A DNA stretch of 64,000 nucleotides, taken from positions 1-64,000 of the IMG/VR virus record IMGVR_UViG_3300048572_000043; one strand, written 5' to 3'. How positions within the stretch are numbered: position 1 is the stretch's first letter; the number at the start of each line of letters is the position of its first letter. This document shows positions 48,838 through 57,059 of this stretch, piece by piece. This DNA is from a virus. Its lineage: Duplodnaviria; Caudoviricetes. A program made the position numbers and the translations under genes. The notes under the pieces were generated by a model, which saw only the letters and a program-made list of their open reading frames with translations, was not told the origin of the DNA and made no database searches.

Positions 48838-49902
48838 ATGAAAACAGTATTAAATTTTAAAAACATAGATACCACAAAGCAGCCTCTTTTCCTCGGAGAA
48901 GATCTTAATCTTCAAAGATATGATCGATTTAAATATCCAATATTTTTTGAATTATTTAAAAAGCAAAATGAAAATTTTTGGTGGCCTCACGAAATAGCAC
49001 TAGGAAAAGACAGAAGTGATTATAAAAATTTAACTGATACAGAAAGATTTGTATTTGATAGTAATTTGAGATTTCAAACACTTGGAGATAGCATGCTGTC
49101 TAGAAGCATACATTCCCTCAAAGACTACGTCAGTAATCCAGAACTAGAAATATGTATGAATACTTGGGCGCAATTTGAAGGTATTCATAGTTATTCTTAC
49201 TCTTATCTCTTAAATAATGTATATCCAGATCCAACCAAATTCTTTGATAGTATTATGGAAGATAAAGAAATAACAAGTCGCGCTCAATTGATTAGAGATA
49301 ATTTTGATAAAATTCTTGGTGATGATGAAAAGAAAGATCCTAAACAAAAGATTTTTGATGCTATTCTTTCTATTAACGTAATGGAAGGGCTTGTATTTTA
49401 TGTTTCATTCGCTTGTTCTTTTTACTTTGGATATAGAGGAAAGATGGAAGGCAACTCTAAGATTATTAAATTCATTCAAAGAGATGAAGCTCTGCATTTT
49501 GCGGTTAGTCAAAACTTACTTAAAATATTAAGAGACGAAGATAAAGAGGGCTTTACAAGTATAGTAAAGAAAAGCGAAGATAAGATTTATGCTTTTTATG
49601 AACAAGCTGCTAAAAATGAAAGCGAGTGGTCCAAATATCTATTTAGTAAAGGTAGTTTGCTTGGTTTAAATGCGGAAGTGTTAGATGGTTATTCTAAATG
49701 GTTATGCGATTCTAGATTAAGAAGCCTTGGCTATAAGAAGATATTTAATCAAAAGGACAATCCTATCGGTGGATGGCATGATAGCTATTTAGATAGTAGC
49801 AAAGTACAAGTTGCACCTCAAGAAACAGAAATTTCAAGTTACAAAGTTGGAGCAAGAAAAACAGATATATCAGATGATGATTTTGGTGATTTGAAACTAT
49901 AA
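48838..49902 (+). CDS. nrdB: ribonucleotide reductase beta subunit
   Basis: FWWPHE, EGIHSYSY, EGLVFY.SF, RDEALH, APQETEISSY. Confidence 0.97.
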   Translation: MKTVLNFKNIDTTKQPLFLGEDLNLQRYDRFKYPIFFELFKKQNENFWWPHEIALGKDRSDYKNLTDTERFVFDSNLRFQTLGDSMLSRSIHSLKDYVSNPELEICMNTWAQFEGIHSYSYSYLLNNVYPDPTKFFDSIMEDKEITSRAQLIRDNFDKILGDDEKKDPKQKIFDAILSINVMEGLVFYVSFACSFYFGYRGKMEGNSKIIKFIQRDEALHFAVSQNLLKILRDEDKEGFTSIVKKSEDKIYAFYEQAAKNESEWSKYLFSKGSLLGLNAEVLDGYSKWLCDSRLRSLGYKKIFNQKDNPIGGWHDSYLDSSKVQVAPQETEISSYKVGARKTDISDDDFGDLKL

Positions 49903-49925
49903 TTTTGGCGTATTTAATTCTTATA

Positions 49926-50675
49926 TTAAGACCAATACTCGCTAGCAGTAAAATTTATACTAAAATTACCGCTCGGCGTAGGCTCTGGGTCTAATGGATT
50001 ACAACCAATCGGCCCAGAAAAAGTAGCTCCAAATAAACTTAAAGACCAAGAACCAACACTAAAAGAAGGGGGATCGCTGAAGGATCCTCCACCTAAAGCC
50101 AAAGTAGTACCATCATCAGATAAAATCCATTTTCCTAGCATTCTATAGCTTGATTCGCTCAACTTAGAAAACACGGGGTAAAATTGTAGATCCATTAAAT
50201 AATCGGCTCGTAAATTTGGGTTGGTAAAATTTAATATCCCACTTTTGTAATGTTGACGCTCTCCATACGGACTACACACTAATTTTTCCTGGTTAGTAAC
50301 GTAAGTAACATCACCATCATGGTCGTAGTATTTAGTTTCTAGTTCTCCTCCCCCAAAAAGAATTGTTGGTTCCCCATTAATAATACCATTACCAGAGGCG
50401 GTTACCTTAAATTTTTTAACTCTCCAATATAGGTTCATAATATCCTCAAGTGAGCCTTGAAATATTTTCAAATAAGGTGACGGCGGCTGAGTACAACTTG
50501 GAAAAGCGCCAATCTTTCCATTACCATCGATTATTGGACACCCTTCATCATTAACTGGAGATCTTAAAGAACATGCACAAGCTTTTAAAGTAGTATCGTT
50601 CCTAACAGCTATGTTTTTAAGAATAGATTTAATATAATCTGGATAATCTGCTCCTGATATTATTGCACATGGCAT
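49926..50675 (-). CDS. Cys-rich polymorphic family protein, copy E
   Basis: MPCAIISGADYPDYIKSILK...GAFPSC, ends SEYWS. Confidence 0.85.
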   Translation of the reverse strand: MPCAIISGADYPDYIKSILKNIAVRNDTTLKACACSLRSPVNDEGCPIIDGNGKIGAFPSCTQPPSPYLKIFQGSLEDIMNLYWRVKKFKVTASGNGIINGEPTILFGGGELETKYYDHDGDVTYVTNQEKLVCSPYGERQHYKSGILNFTNPNLRADYLMDLQFYPVFSKLSESSYRMLGKWILSDDGTTLALGGGSFSDPPSFSVGSWSLSLFGATFSGPIGCNPLDPEPTPSGNFSINFTASEYWS

Positions 50676-50742
50676 ATATTATATATACACTATTTAATAG
50701 TGTAAACTATTAGTGAGCAATTTAAGTGAATCACTAGCAATA
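50641..50742. repeat. ~102-bp direct repeat, copy 1 (family gene start + divergent GTGTAW pair + start of 71-aa gene)
   Basis: matches 51735..51836 with one mismatch. Confidence 0.9.
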
Positions 50743-50928
50743 TGTTCTGAGTTTGCAGATGAATACGGCATAGACTCTAAAGATAATAATAAAATTATAG
50801 TATACATGAAAAGCGAATATATTAATGAATTAAAGAATATGCTTGAAAATAAAAATTATAAATTAAAATCTTTTCAAGTATATGGTGATGAAGCAATAGT
50901 ATATTTTATTCCTAAAAAAAGAAAATAA
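50713..50928 (+). CDS. hypothetical protein
   Basis: 71-aa ORF, GTG start 7 nt after GTGTAA. Confidence 0.65.
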   Translation: MSNLSESLAICSEFADEYGIDSKDNNKIIVYMKSEYINELKNMLENKNYKLKSFQVYGDEAIVYFIPKKRK

Positions 50929-50929
50929 G

Positions 50930-51001
50930 AGCCAGAAATTGGATTCGAACCGATGACCTTCTCGTTACAAGTGAGATGCACTACCACTGTGCTATTCTGG
51001 C
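50930..51001 (-). tRNA. tRNA-Thr(UGU)
   Basis: cloverleaf GCCAGAA/TTCTGGC, anticodon loop CTTGTAA, GGTTCGAATCC; one mismatch each in the anticodon and T stems; no encoded CCA. Confidence 0.88.
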
Positions 51002-51769
51002 TTACTTTAATCCATTTCTTGTTATAGTACAATTTGATATCTGATTATCACCACCAATCATATCTACACTAAGTGAAACAAATCTAAATTTACCTACTAC
51101 TATCCCTGGAGGGCCAACGAAAGTACGTGGAACACCGCCCGCAATACCATCTAAATAATATAATATTATATAAAAATTCCCTTGATAAAAATAAACAGGA
51201 TATTCTGAATCAATATATAAACCAACTTCTGGTGTCCATGGGTCAATTACTGGGACATCACAATTGTCATTATTAGCATCTTGTCCTTCAAACGTATAAA
51301 TTACTTCATAGTAAGCTGGACTATCACAGGTCTGTTTTAAAAAATTTTCTATACTAACATTATCTCTGGAACTAGGACCCCTAGCAGTAAGTGAATGCGT
51401 TACTATTCTAACATCTTCGATTGGGGCACCACAATTTATTGGACCAAAACTCCAGAATCCAGATGCGTTTATACTATAATTATACGGTGCCCACCATAAT
51501 TCCATAAGCTGTTTAAGAGTAAATCTAGTATATGCAGGATAGCCATTACTTATAAGTAATAGTGGATCACTATCTGTGTTAATAACACAAAATGGGAAAG
51601 CTCCAATTTTGCCATCTTCATCTAAAATTGTACATCCATCATTATCAACTGGCGACTTCAAAGAACAAACGCAAGTTTTTGCATAGGTATCGTTTCCAGC
51701 ATTTATTCTTTTGATAGCATTCTTAAGATAATTTGGATAATCTGCTCCTGATGTTATTGCACATGGCAT
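51002..51769 (-). CDS. Cys-rich polymorphic family protein, copy F
   Basis: MPCAITSGADYPNYLK...CVCSLKSP..GC...GAFPFC. Confidence 0.85.
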   Translation of the reverse strand: MPCAITSGADYPNYLKNAIKRINAGNDTYAKTCVCSLKSPVDNDGCTILDEDGKIGAFPFCVINTDSDPLLLISNGYPAYTRFTLKQLMELWWAPYNYSINASGFWSFGPINCGAPIEDVRIVTHSLTARGPSSRDNVSIENFLKQTCDSPAYYEVIYTFEGQDANNDNCDVPVIDPWTPEVGLYIDSEYPVYFYQGNFYIILYYLDGIAGGVPRTFVGPPGIVVGKFRFVSLSVDMIGGDNQISNCTITRNGLK

Positions 51770-51836
51770 ATATTATATATACACTATTTAATAGTGTAAA
51801 CTATTAGTGAGCAATTTAAGTGAATCACTAGCAATA
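51735..51836. repeat. ~102-bp direct repeat, copy 2
   Basis: matches 50641..50742. Confidence 0.9.
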
Positions 51837-51866
51837 GTATATTTTATTCCTAAAAAAAGAAAATAA
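51807..51866 (+). pseudogene. internally deleted copy of the 71-aa gene (MSNLSESLAIVYFIPKKRK)
   Basis: 5' and 3' ends of 50713..50928 joined in frame at AGCAATA microhomology. Confidence 0.85.
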
Positions 51867-51892
51867 AATTTTATGTTTTTAAAAATTGCTAC

Positions 51893-52663
51893 TTAAGGCC
51901 AGTATTCTTTTGCCCTAACACTCATAGATACACTGCCCTTAATCTTATTACCCCCAAAAGTACAAGAGACATATATTGGAAAACTTCCTTTATAACCTTC
52001 AAATGAAAGATCGCACTGTCCAGCGTAATCATCATTAATATTCGAAGTGGATAAATAAGCACTTCCCATATCAATAACCACATAAATATTACTATTTGAA
52101 CCAATTACTGCTCCTATCTCTGAATTAAAGTAATAAGTTAAATAAGTATTTTCAGCAGTTTGTGGTGCTTGATCACCATATTTAACCGTTTGATTTGCAA
52201 CAAATCCACGGAAGTCCGATGTCTCAAAAGGACAAACTAGTTTTTCCTGCGTAAAATTTGGCGGAAAATAAGGATCATAAAGATTACGAAATTCTGTATA
52301 ACCAGTACTTATGTAAGTATTAGTCGAATCATCAAAATTAGGACCTCCATTACAAGTTATACTTCCACTTAATGTAACTTCCCATGTTTTTACTTTCCAA
52401 AATAAAGTCATAGCTTGTTTAAGAGTAAGCTCTAAATATTGTAAACCTTCCCCTGGGGTTGGCGTTCCTATTGGTAAGCAAAATGGAAAAGCTCCAACCT
52501 TACCATCTTGATCTGTTATTAGACATCCTTCATCTGTAAGTGGGGATTTAAGATCAGAGCAAGCACAAGCTTTTAAATCATCATCATTTCCAACAGCTAT
52601 CTTTTTAAGAATAGATTTAAGGTAATCTGGATAATTATCTGGTTCTGTTAAAGCGCATGGCAT
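51893..52663 (-). CDS. Cys-rich polymorphic family protein, copy G
   Basis: MPCALTEPDNYPDYLK...GAFPFC, ends KEYWP. Confidence 0.85.
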   Translation of the reverse strand: MPCALTEPDNYPDYLKSILKKIAVGNDDDLKACACSDLKSPLTDEGCLITDQDGKVGAFPFCLPIGTPTPGEGLQYLELTLKQAMTLFWKVKTWEVTLSGSITCNGGPNFDDSTNTYISTGYTEFRNLYDPYFPPNFTQEKLVCPFETSDFRGFVANQTVKYGDQAPQTAENTYLTYYFNSEIGAVIGSNSNIYVVIDMGSAYLSTSNINDDYAGQCDLSFEGYKGSFPIYVSCTFGGNKIKGSVSMSVRAKEYWP

Positions 52664-52729
52664 ACTTTAAATTTACACATTAAAGGCAATTATCTTGACT
52701 TTCTTATAAAATTTATATAATATATTAAT

Positions 52730-52936
52730 ATGAGACTAGTATTATCATATATTTTATATATTATAGGCGATATTATTAGTAGAACCATAATGTTTTGGGG
52801 AGATGGATACGGATTTAAAATCTACAACAAAGTAATGCTATGGAGTGTTGATTTAGATACTAAAGGTAAAATTTGGAAATACGTTAAACCCAAAAGGAAA
52901 AAGAAAAATGTTAAAAAAAATTCTAGACTTTATTGA
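52730..52936 (+). CDS. hypothetical protein
   Basis: 68-aa ORF after a TTGACT-N17-TAATAT promoter. Confidence 0.6.
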   Translation: MRLVLSYILYIIGDIISRTIMFWGDGYGFKIYNKVMLWSVDLDTKGKIWKYVKPKRKKKNVKKNSRLY

Positions 52937-53198
52937 TGGAGTATTTGAAGAAGAAAAAGAGCAACCAGTATTAGGCTCTCTTTATAAGATCAAAGGCGAA
53001 GTTTTACCTTTTAGATATATTAGATTTACTAACGAAGTTTATTCAAATAAACCAGTATATCATTTCAAACATCACCAATTAAAAGAATATAAATTCAATA
53101 ATCTATCTAAAGTAGAAAGAAAAGCTAATAAAGAAGAAGTAAGAATATATAATTTAATTAAAAATCATGTAAATGAAGTAGCAGAAAGTAATATTTAA
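52908..53198 (+). CDS. hypothetical protein
   Basis: 96-aa ORF. Confidence 0.6.
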   Translation: MLKKILDFIDGVFEEEKEQPVLGSLYKIKGEVLPFRYIRFTNEVYSNKPVYHFKHHQLKEYKFNNLSKVERKANKEEVRIYNLIKNHVNEVAESNI

Positions 53199-53285
53199 GG
53201 AACGATGGCTGAGTGGTCTAAAGCAGAAGTTTACTAAACTTCCGATGGTTAACTCCATCCGTAGGTTCGAATCCTACTCGTTCCG
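53199..53285 (+). tRNA. tRNA-Ser with ACU anticodon
   Basis: GGAACGA/TCGTTCC acceptor, discriminator G, anticodon stem GAAGT/ACTTC with loop TTACTAA, long variable arm GATGG/CCATC. Confidence 0.9.
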
Positions 53286-53295
53286 ATAGATTTAC

Positions 53296-54585
53296 TTAAC
53301 TCAAAGTACTAATTGTTGACATTAATATATTTATCCTAGATTTTAATAAAGATAAGTTTAAATTTTCGCCAAGTGAATAAAAAGTAAACCTTACGTTGGC
53401 ATGAGCAATCGCACTAAAATTAAAAGCACAACCAGCTCTATAATTTGTAGCGTATATAAATATATTATTATTTTTTGGAGATAAACCCCCTCTTAGTCTA
53501 GTTGTTTCAGAAGAGTTATCTCTAATAATAGCTGTTGAATTATTATCTGATGATAACCCAATAAATCCATTAGGAGAAAATAAAGATATAGCTGCGCCAC
53601 TAATCGCTCTAACAAAAACTGACCATGCACTACCATTCCAAACTAAAGCTTCGCCGTCAGATGGACTACATCCATCTAATGCACCATAAATATAACCATT
53701 GCTATTAATTGATGTAGACGTAGTGTAAAACGCTCGATGAATGCTATTCTCTGGATCAGCATTGCAAGCTCTATTAGAATTTAAATATTTATTAGAGGCG
53801 TTTCCTTGTAAACCTGTTGCTCTATTATAATCGGAAGAAATAAAATTAAAATTTGTTGGGGCGATTCCTTTTAATGGAACTAATGCTCCATTTAATGTTC
53901 TAGCGCCAGCTAAAATACAAGAACTTTTGATAGCATCCCAAATTCCATCAGACTTACACCCTACAACAAAAGCATTGATAGCATTTGTAGTTGCATCTTC
54001 TAAAAGCTGACCATCCGCAGCTTCAACATTATTAATATATATAGCAGCATCAGGGTCATAAGCAGAAAGAGATCTTCTTTTATTAGTAGTTAATTTTCCA
54101 CTTGCACCACTTTTTATCACATTGTCACTTATAAGAACTACTGGTATTCCATTTAAAGTTGAACTCCATCCAGTAACAAAATTTTTCTTACGATAAAATT
54201 TTAAATCTTCGCTACCGTTTGCAAAAGCATTTCCATTTATATTTGTTGGAACATTTCCTAAGAAATTAACTCTAATTAAATTGTATGAACTTTCAAAAGC
54301 ATTAATTGCAATATTTATCGCGCTATTAAAAATAGTGACACTAGTTAAACCATCACAAGATTCAAATGCAAAAGAGTTTATACTCGTAACATTACTTGGT
54401 ATAACAATGTTTTTTATTTGAGTGCAATTAGAGAATGCCTGAAATGCAATACTCGTAACTGTATCTCCTATATTAACGCTAATTAAAGTTGCGCTTGTAC
54501 CAGATTGCCTACTCGTATTTGTAATTATTGTATCAGCACTTGTACTTGGCGCGCGATCACTATAATAGAATGTTGTTAAAGCCAT
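53296..54585 (-). CDS. BspA-type leucine-rich-repeat protein fused to a putative virion/lectin-like domain
   Basis: VTSIAFQAFSNC..IVIPSNVTSINSFAFESC repeats; GTGTAA motif upstream. Confidence 0.75.
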   Translation of the reverse strand: MALTTFYYSDRAPSTSADTIITNTSRQSGTSATLISVNIGDTVTSIAFQAFSNCTQIKNIVIPSNVTSINSFAFESCDGLTSVTIFNSAINIAINAFESSYNLIRVNFLGNVPTNINGNAFANGSEDLKFYRKKNFVTGWSSTLNGIPVVLISDNVIKSGASGKLTTNKRRSLSAYDPDAAIYINNVEAADGQLLEDATTNAINAFVVGCKSDGIWDAIKSSCILAGARTLNGALVPLKGIAPTNFNFISSDYNRATGLQGNASNKYLNSNRACNADPENSIHRAFYTTSTSINSNGYIYGALDGCSPSDGEALVWNGSAWSVFVRAISGAAISLFSPNGFIGLSSDNNSTAIIRDNSSETTRLRGGLSPKNNNIFIYATNYRAGCAFNFSAIAHANVRFTFYSLGENLNLSLLKSRINILMSTISTLS

Positions 54586-54605
54586 ATATCTTTAATTTAC
54601 ACCCT

Positions 54606-54632
54606 TATTTGCTAATAAGAAAAGGTCAAATA
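54606..54632. repeat. 27-bp inverted-repeat site, copy 1 (TATTTGCTAA-N11-CAAATA)
   Basis: same arms and spacing at 54967 and 55002. Confidence 0.65.
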
Positions 54633-54635
54633 TAT

Positions 54636-54664
54636 TTGACAAAATCTCAATATAAACATATAAT
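54636..54664 (+). promoter_or_regulatory. consensus sigma70 promoter
   Basis: TTGACA-N17-TATAAT, 8 nt before the ATG at 54673. Confidence 0.8.
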
Positions 54665-54672
54665 ATATTAAT

Positions 54673-54966
54673 ATGAATAAAATTAAAACACTAGCATTAA
54701 TAGCACTATTTTCTGCCTCTTTAGGCTTGTCTGATACTGGCACTCAAAGTGAGTCTACTCCAGTAGCGGACGGTTTTTTAGCCGCAGGAGATTTTGTATT
54801 TGTTAGACCAATATCCTCTGCAGCGACTATTGGCGCATTTGGAATTTTTGCAGTAGTAGCACCATTTACAGAGATGGCTGGATGCACAGAAGAAACTTAC
54901 GAAGGTTTAGTTGAGAGTGTCGGAAAGTTTAGTTTTGATCGCGATCTTGGCGATTTCAAAAAGTAA
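54673..54966 (+). CDS. small secreted or membrane protein
   Basis: signal-peptide-like N-terminus plus a hydrophobic segment. Confidence 0.65.
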   Translation: MNKIKTLALIALFSASLGLSDTGTQSESTPVADGFLAAGDFVFVRPISSAATIGAFGIFAVVAPFTEMAGCTEETYEGLVESVGKFSFDRDLGDFKK

Positions 54967-55028
54967 TATTTGCTAACGAGATTTAGCCAAATATATACTT
55001 ATATTTGCTAATGCGATATTTCCAAATA
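54967..55028. repeat. 27-bp inverted-repeat site, copies 2 and 3
   Basis: TATTTGCTAA-N11-CAAATA at 54967..54993 and 55002..55028. Confidence 0.65.
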
Positions 55029-55029
55029 A

Positions 55030-55515
55030 GTGACTACTTTTCTTAATCCAATAAGTAATTCTAAGATTGATGTAATAGATTATTTAGATTCAAATGTTTG
55101 GGTTCGATTAAGTAATACTAAATATGGAGTAGGAGTTATCGCTTTAAGACATATACCAAAAAATACAAAAATAACAGATTATGATGATTATGAACTTAAA
55201 AGTTTATCAATAAAAATTTTTCTAGTAAATCATCAAGACTTTACAAGAGATATAACTAAACTACATCCAAACATTCAAAACTTAATAAAAGATAGATATA
55301 TATTTCACGACTTAGGTGAAGGACATATTCTGTCACCAAATTCACATCAAATATACAGATTATATATAAATCATAGCGATGATCCTAATGTAGACAATAA
55401 CTTAGTATCTATTAAAGATATAAACGAAGGAGAAGAAATAACATTCTCTTATAAAGATATTGTTTTAAATGATGCTCATATTGTATCAAAAAAACATTAT
55501 AATTATGTAGCTTAA
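55030..55515 (+). CDS. SET-domain protein (putative lysine methyltransferase)
   Basis: GVGVIALRHIPKNT, YINHSDDPN, KDINEGEEITFSY. Confidence 0.85.
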   Translation: MTTFLNPISNSKIDVIDYLDSNVWVRLSNTKYGVGVIALRHIPKNTKITDYDDYELKSLSIKIFLVNHQDFTRDITKLHPNIQNLIKDRYIFHDLGEGHILSPNSHQIYRLYINHSDDPNVDNNLVSIKDINEGEEITFSYKDIVLNDAHIVSKKHYNYVA

Positions 55516-55540
55516 ATATTTATAAATTTATGAATGAAAA

Positions 55541-55750
55541 TTGTCCAAATACGAACACAAAAAAGCCAAATATATGAACGAAAAAAGTGCAAATAATAGT
55601 GCTGGAAAAGGCGATAAAGCAAGAAATTGTTTCTCTAATAGGTTTAAGGAAAACTTTGATAGTATAAATTGGTCGGACGAAAGAGATAAGTCGTTGATTA
55701 AAAAAGAATTAAAAAACCATAATGGTTCATCCACATATATTTACAGATGA
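55541..55750 (+). CDS. hypothetical protein
   Basis: AGKGDKAR..F.ENFDSINW small phage-type ORF. Confidence 0.55.
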   Translation: MSKYEHKKAKYMNEKSANNSAGKGDKARNCFSNRFKENFDSINWSDERDKSLIKKELKNHNGSSTYIYR

Positions 55751-56124
55751 CAGACCCAAAAAGAGTTTTGGAAAATCGTGCGAGTTCTTCATACATAGCA
55801 GAATACTCTGCTCCAAAAATTGAGCTTGCTGATCTTAGTAAGCTACAACAAGTTAGACATTTAAATCTAAATAAAAAAATAGAAACTCGTTTAGAAGAAA
55901 TTAAGACAGAATATGATGCGTTAGTTTCTTTGCACGAATGGAATACTTTTGTTGATAGTTTTGAGTGCAGAATAGAATGTATCATAGGTCAAGATTATTA
56001 TTTGTATGAAACAGAAGAAGGTAAGAAATTCTTATCTATTATTGAGCCAGAAAGTTTTACCATCAAGTATAAGTTCCACGGCACAACAAGGTTAAATAGC
56101 TTTGGATTCTTTGAAAAAGTATAA
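55747..56124 (+). CDS. DUF2452-like protein
   Basis: SAPKI, IGQDYYLY...FLSIIEP pattern. Confidence 0.6.
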   Translation: MTDPKRVLENRASSSYIAEYSAPKIELADLSKLQQVRHLNLNKKIETRLEEIKTEYDALVSLHEWNTFVDSFECRIECIIGQDYYLYETEEGKKFLSIIEPESFTIKYKFHGTTRLNSFGFFEKV

Positions 56125-56159
56125 TTGACAAATTTGACAACTTATATTATATTTGAATA

Positions 56160-57059
56160 ATGCGAAAAGGAGTTTGTTGTATTGTATTAAGTCTAGCTGA
56201 ACAAGATAATCCTATCAAGTTCAATACTATGACTTATGCTCGTTTCTCGGCTATGGATAGGAAGGAAGCTCTTTCTACCCTTTCCTCTAGAATATTAAAC
56301 AATATGACTACTACATATCAATACATAAAGTATTGTGCAGACCATAATCATACTTATAGAATTTCTTCTGATCTATTTCCTCTTATTACTTATGATAAAG
56401 CTAATGTAAAGCTAGAAGATTTACCAGACTATCATAAAATATTAGTATCATTTGATAGTATCAAACATCTTATTCAATCTAGGAATGTAAGAGTATCTTG
56501 CCATCCTAGTGAATTTAATGTTCTTGCAAGCGATAACGAAAGTGCAATAACTAAAACAATCAAAGAATTAAATCATTATGGTTGGTTTATGACTCAAATT
56601 GGTTGTCTACTAAACTATGATGCTCCTATGAATATGCACATACATAATTCCAAGGGTAATCTAAATGATATAGTTAAAAAGTTTATGAGTAACTTTGAAA
56701 AACTATCAGACGATGTTAAGTCTAGATTAGTTATTGAGAATGATGATAAAGATACTTGCTGGTCAGTTAAGAAACTTATGAAGCATTTCCATTCTGTTTC
56801 TAATATTCCTATTACTTTTGATTATCTTCATCACAAGTGCCATCCAGATAATCTATCAGAGGAACAAGCATTTCATCTTGCACGAATTACTTGGGGCAAT
56901 CATACTCCACTATTTCATTATTCCGAAAGTATTGATGGTCACAAGAATCCACGCAAACACGCAGATTACGCAAAAAATTTGCCAAACACTTATGGTTATG
57001 ATAATATAGATGTTGATTTTGAATTAAAAATGAAAGAACAATCTTTTGCTAAATTATGA
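56160..57059 (+). CDS. uvsE: UV DNA damage endonuclease
   Basis: YRISSDLFP, SCHP..F.VLAS, RLVIENDD, FDYLHH, HYSES, HAD, ELKMKE. Confidence 0.92.
   Translation: MRKGVCCIVLSLAEQDNPIKFNTMTYARFSAMDRKEALSTLSSRILNNMTTTYQYIKYCADHNHTYRISSDLFPLITYDKANVKLEDLPDYHKILVSFDSIKHLIQSRNVRVSCHPSEFNVLASDNESAITKTIKELNHYGWFMTQIGCLLNYDAPMNMHIHNSKGNLNDIVKKFMSNFEKLSDDVKSRLVIENDDKDTCWSVKKLMKHFHSVSNIPITFDYLHHKCHPDNLSEEQAFHLARITWGNHTPLFHYSESIDGHKNPRKHADYAKNLPNTYGYDNIDVDFELKMKEQSFAKL

Noticed and set aside
4513-49902. Inteins or group I introns in dnaE, dnaB, recA or nrdAB
   Set aside because: Lengths are normal and no intein terminal motifs or LAGLIDADG inserts are visible.
33506-52663. Diversity-generating retroelement behind the polymorphic family
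   Set aside because: No reverse transcriptase in the window and no template/variable repeat pair differing only at adenines; variation includes indels over the whole C-terminal region.
54606-55028. Mini CRISPR array
   Set aside because: Only three copies at irregular distances, with the variable part inside the repeat rather than between repeats.
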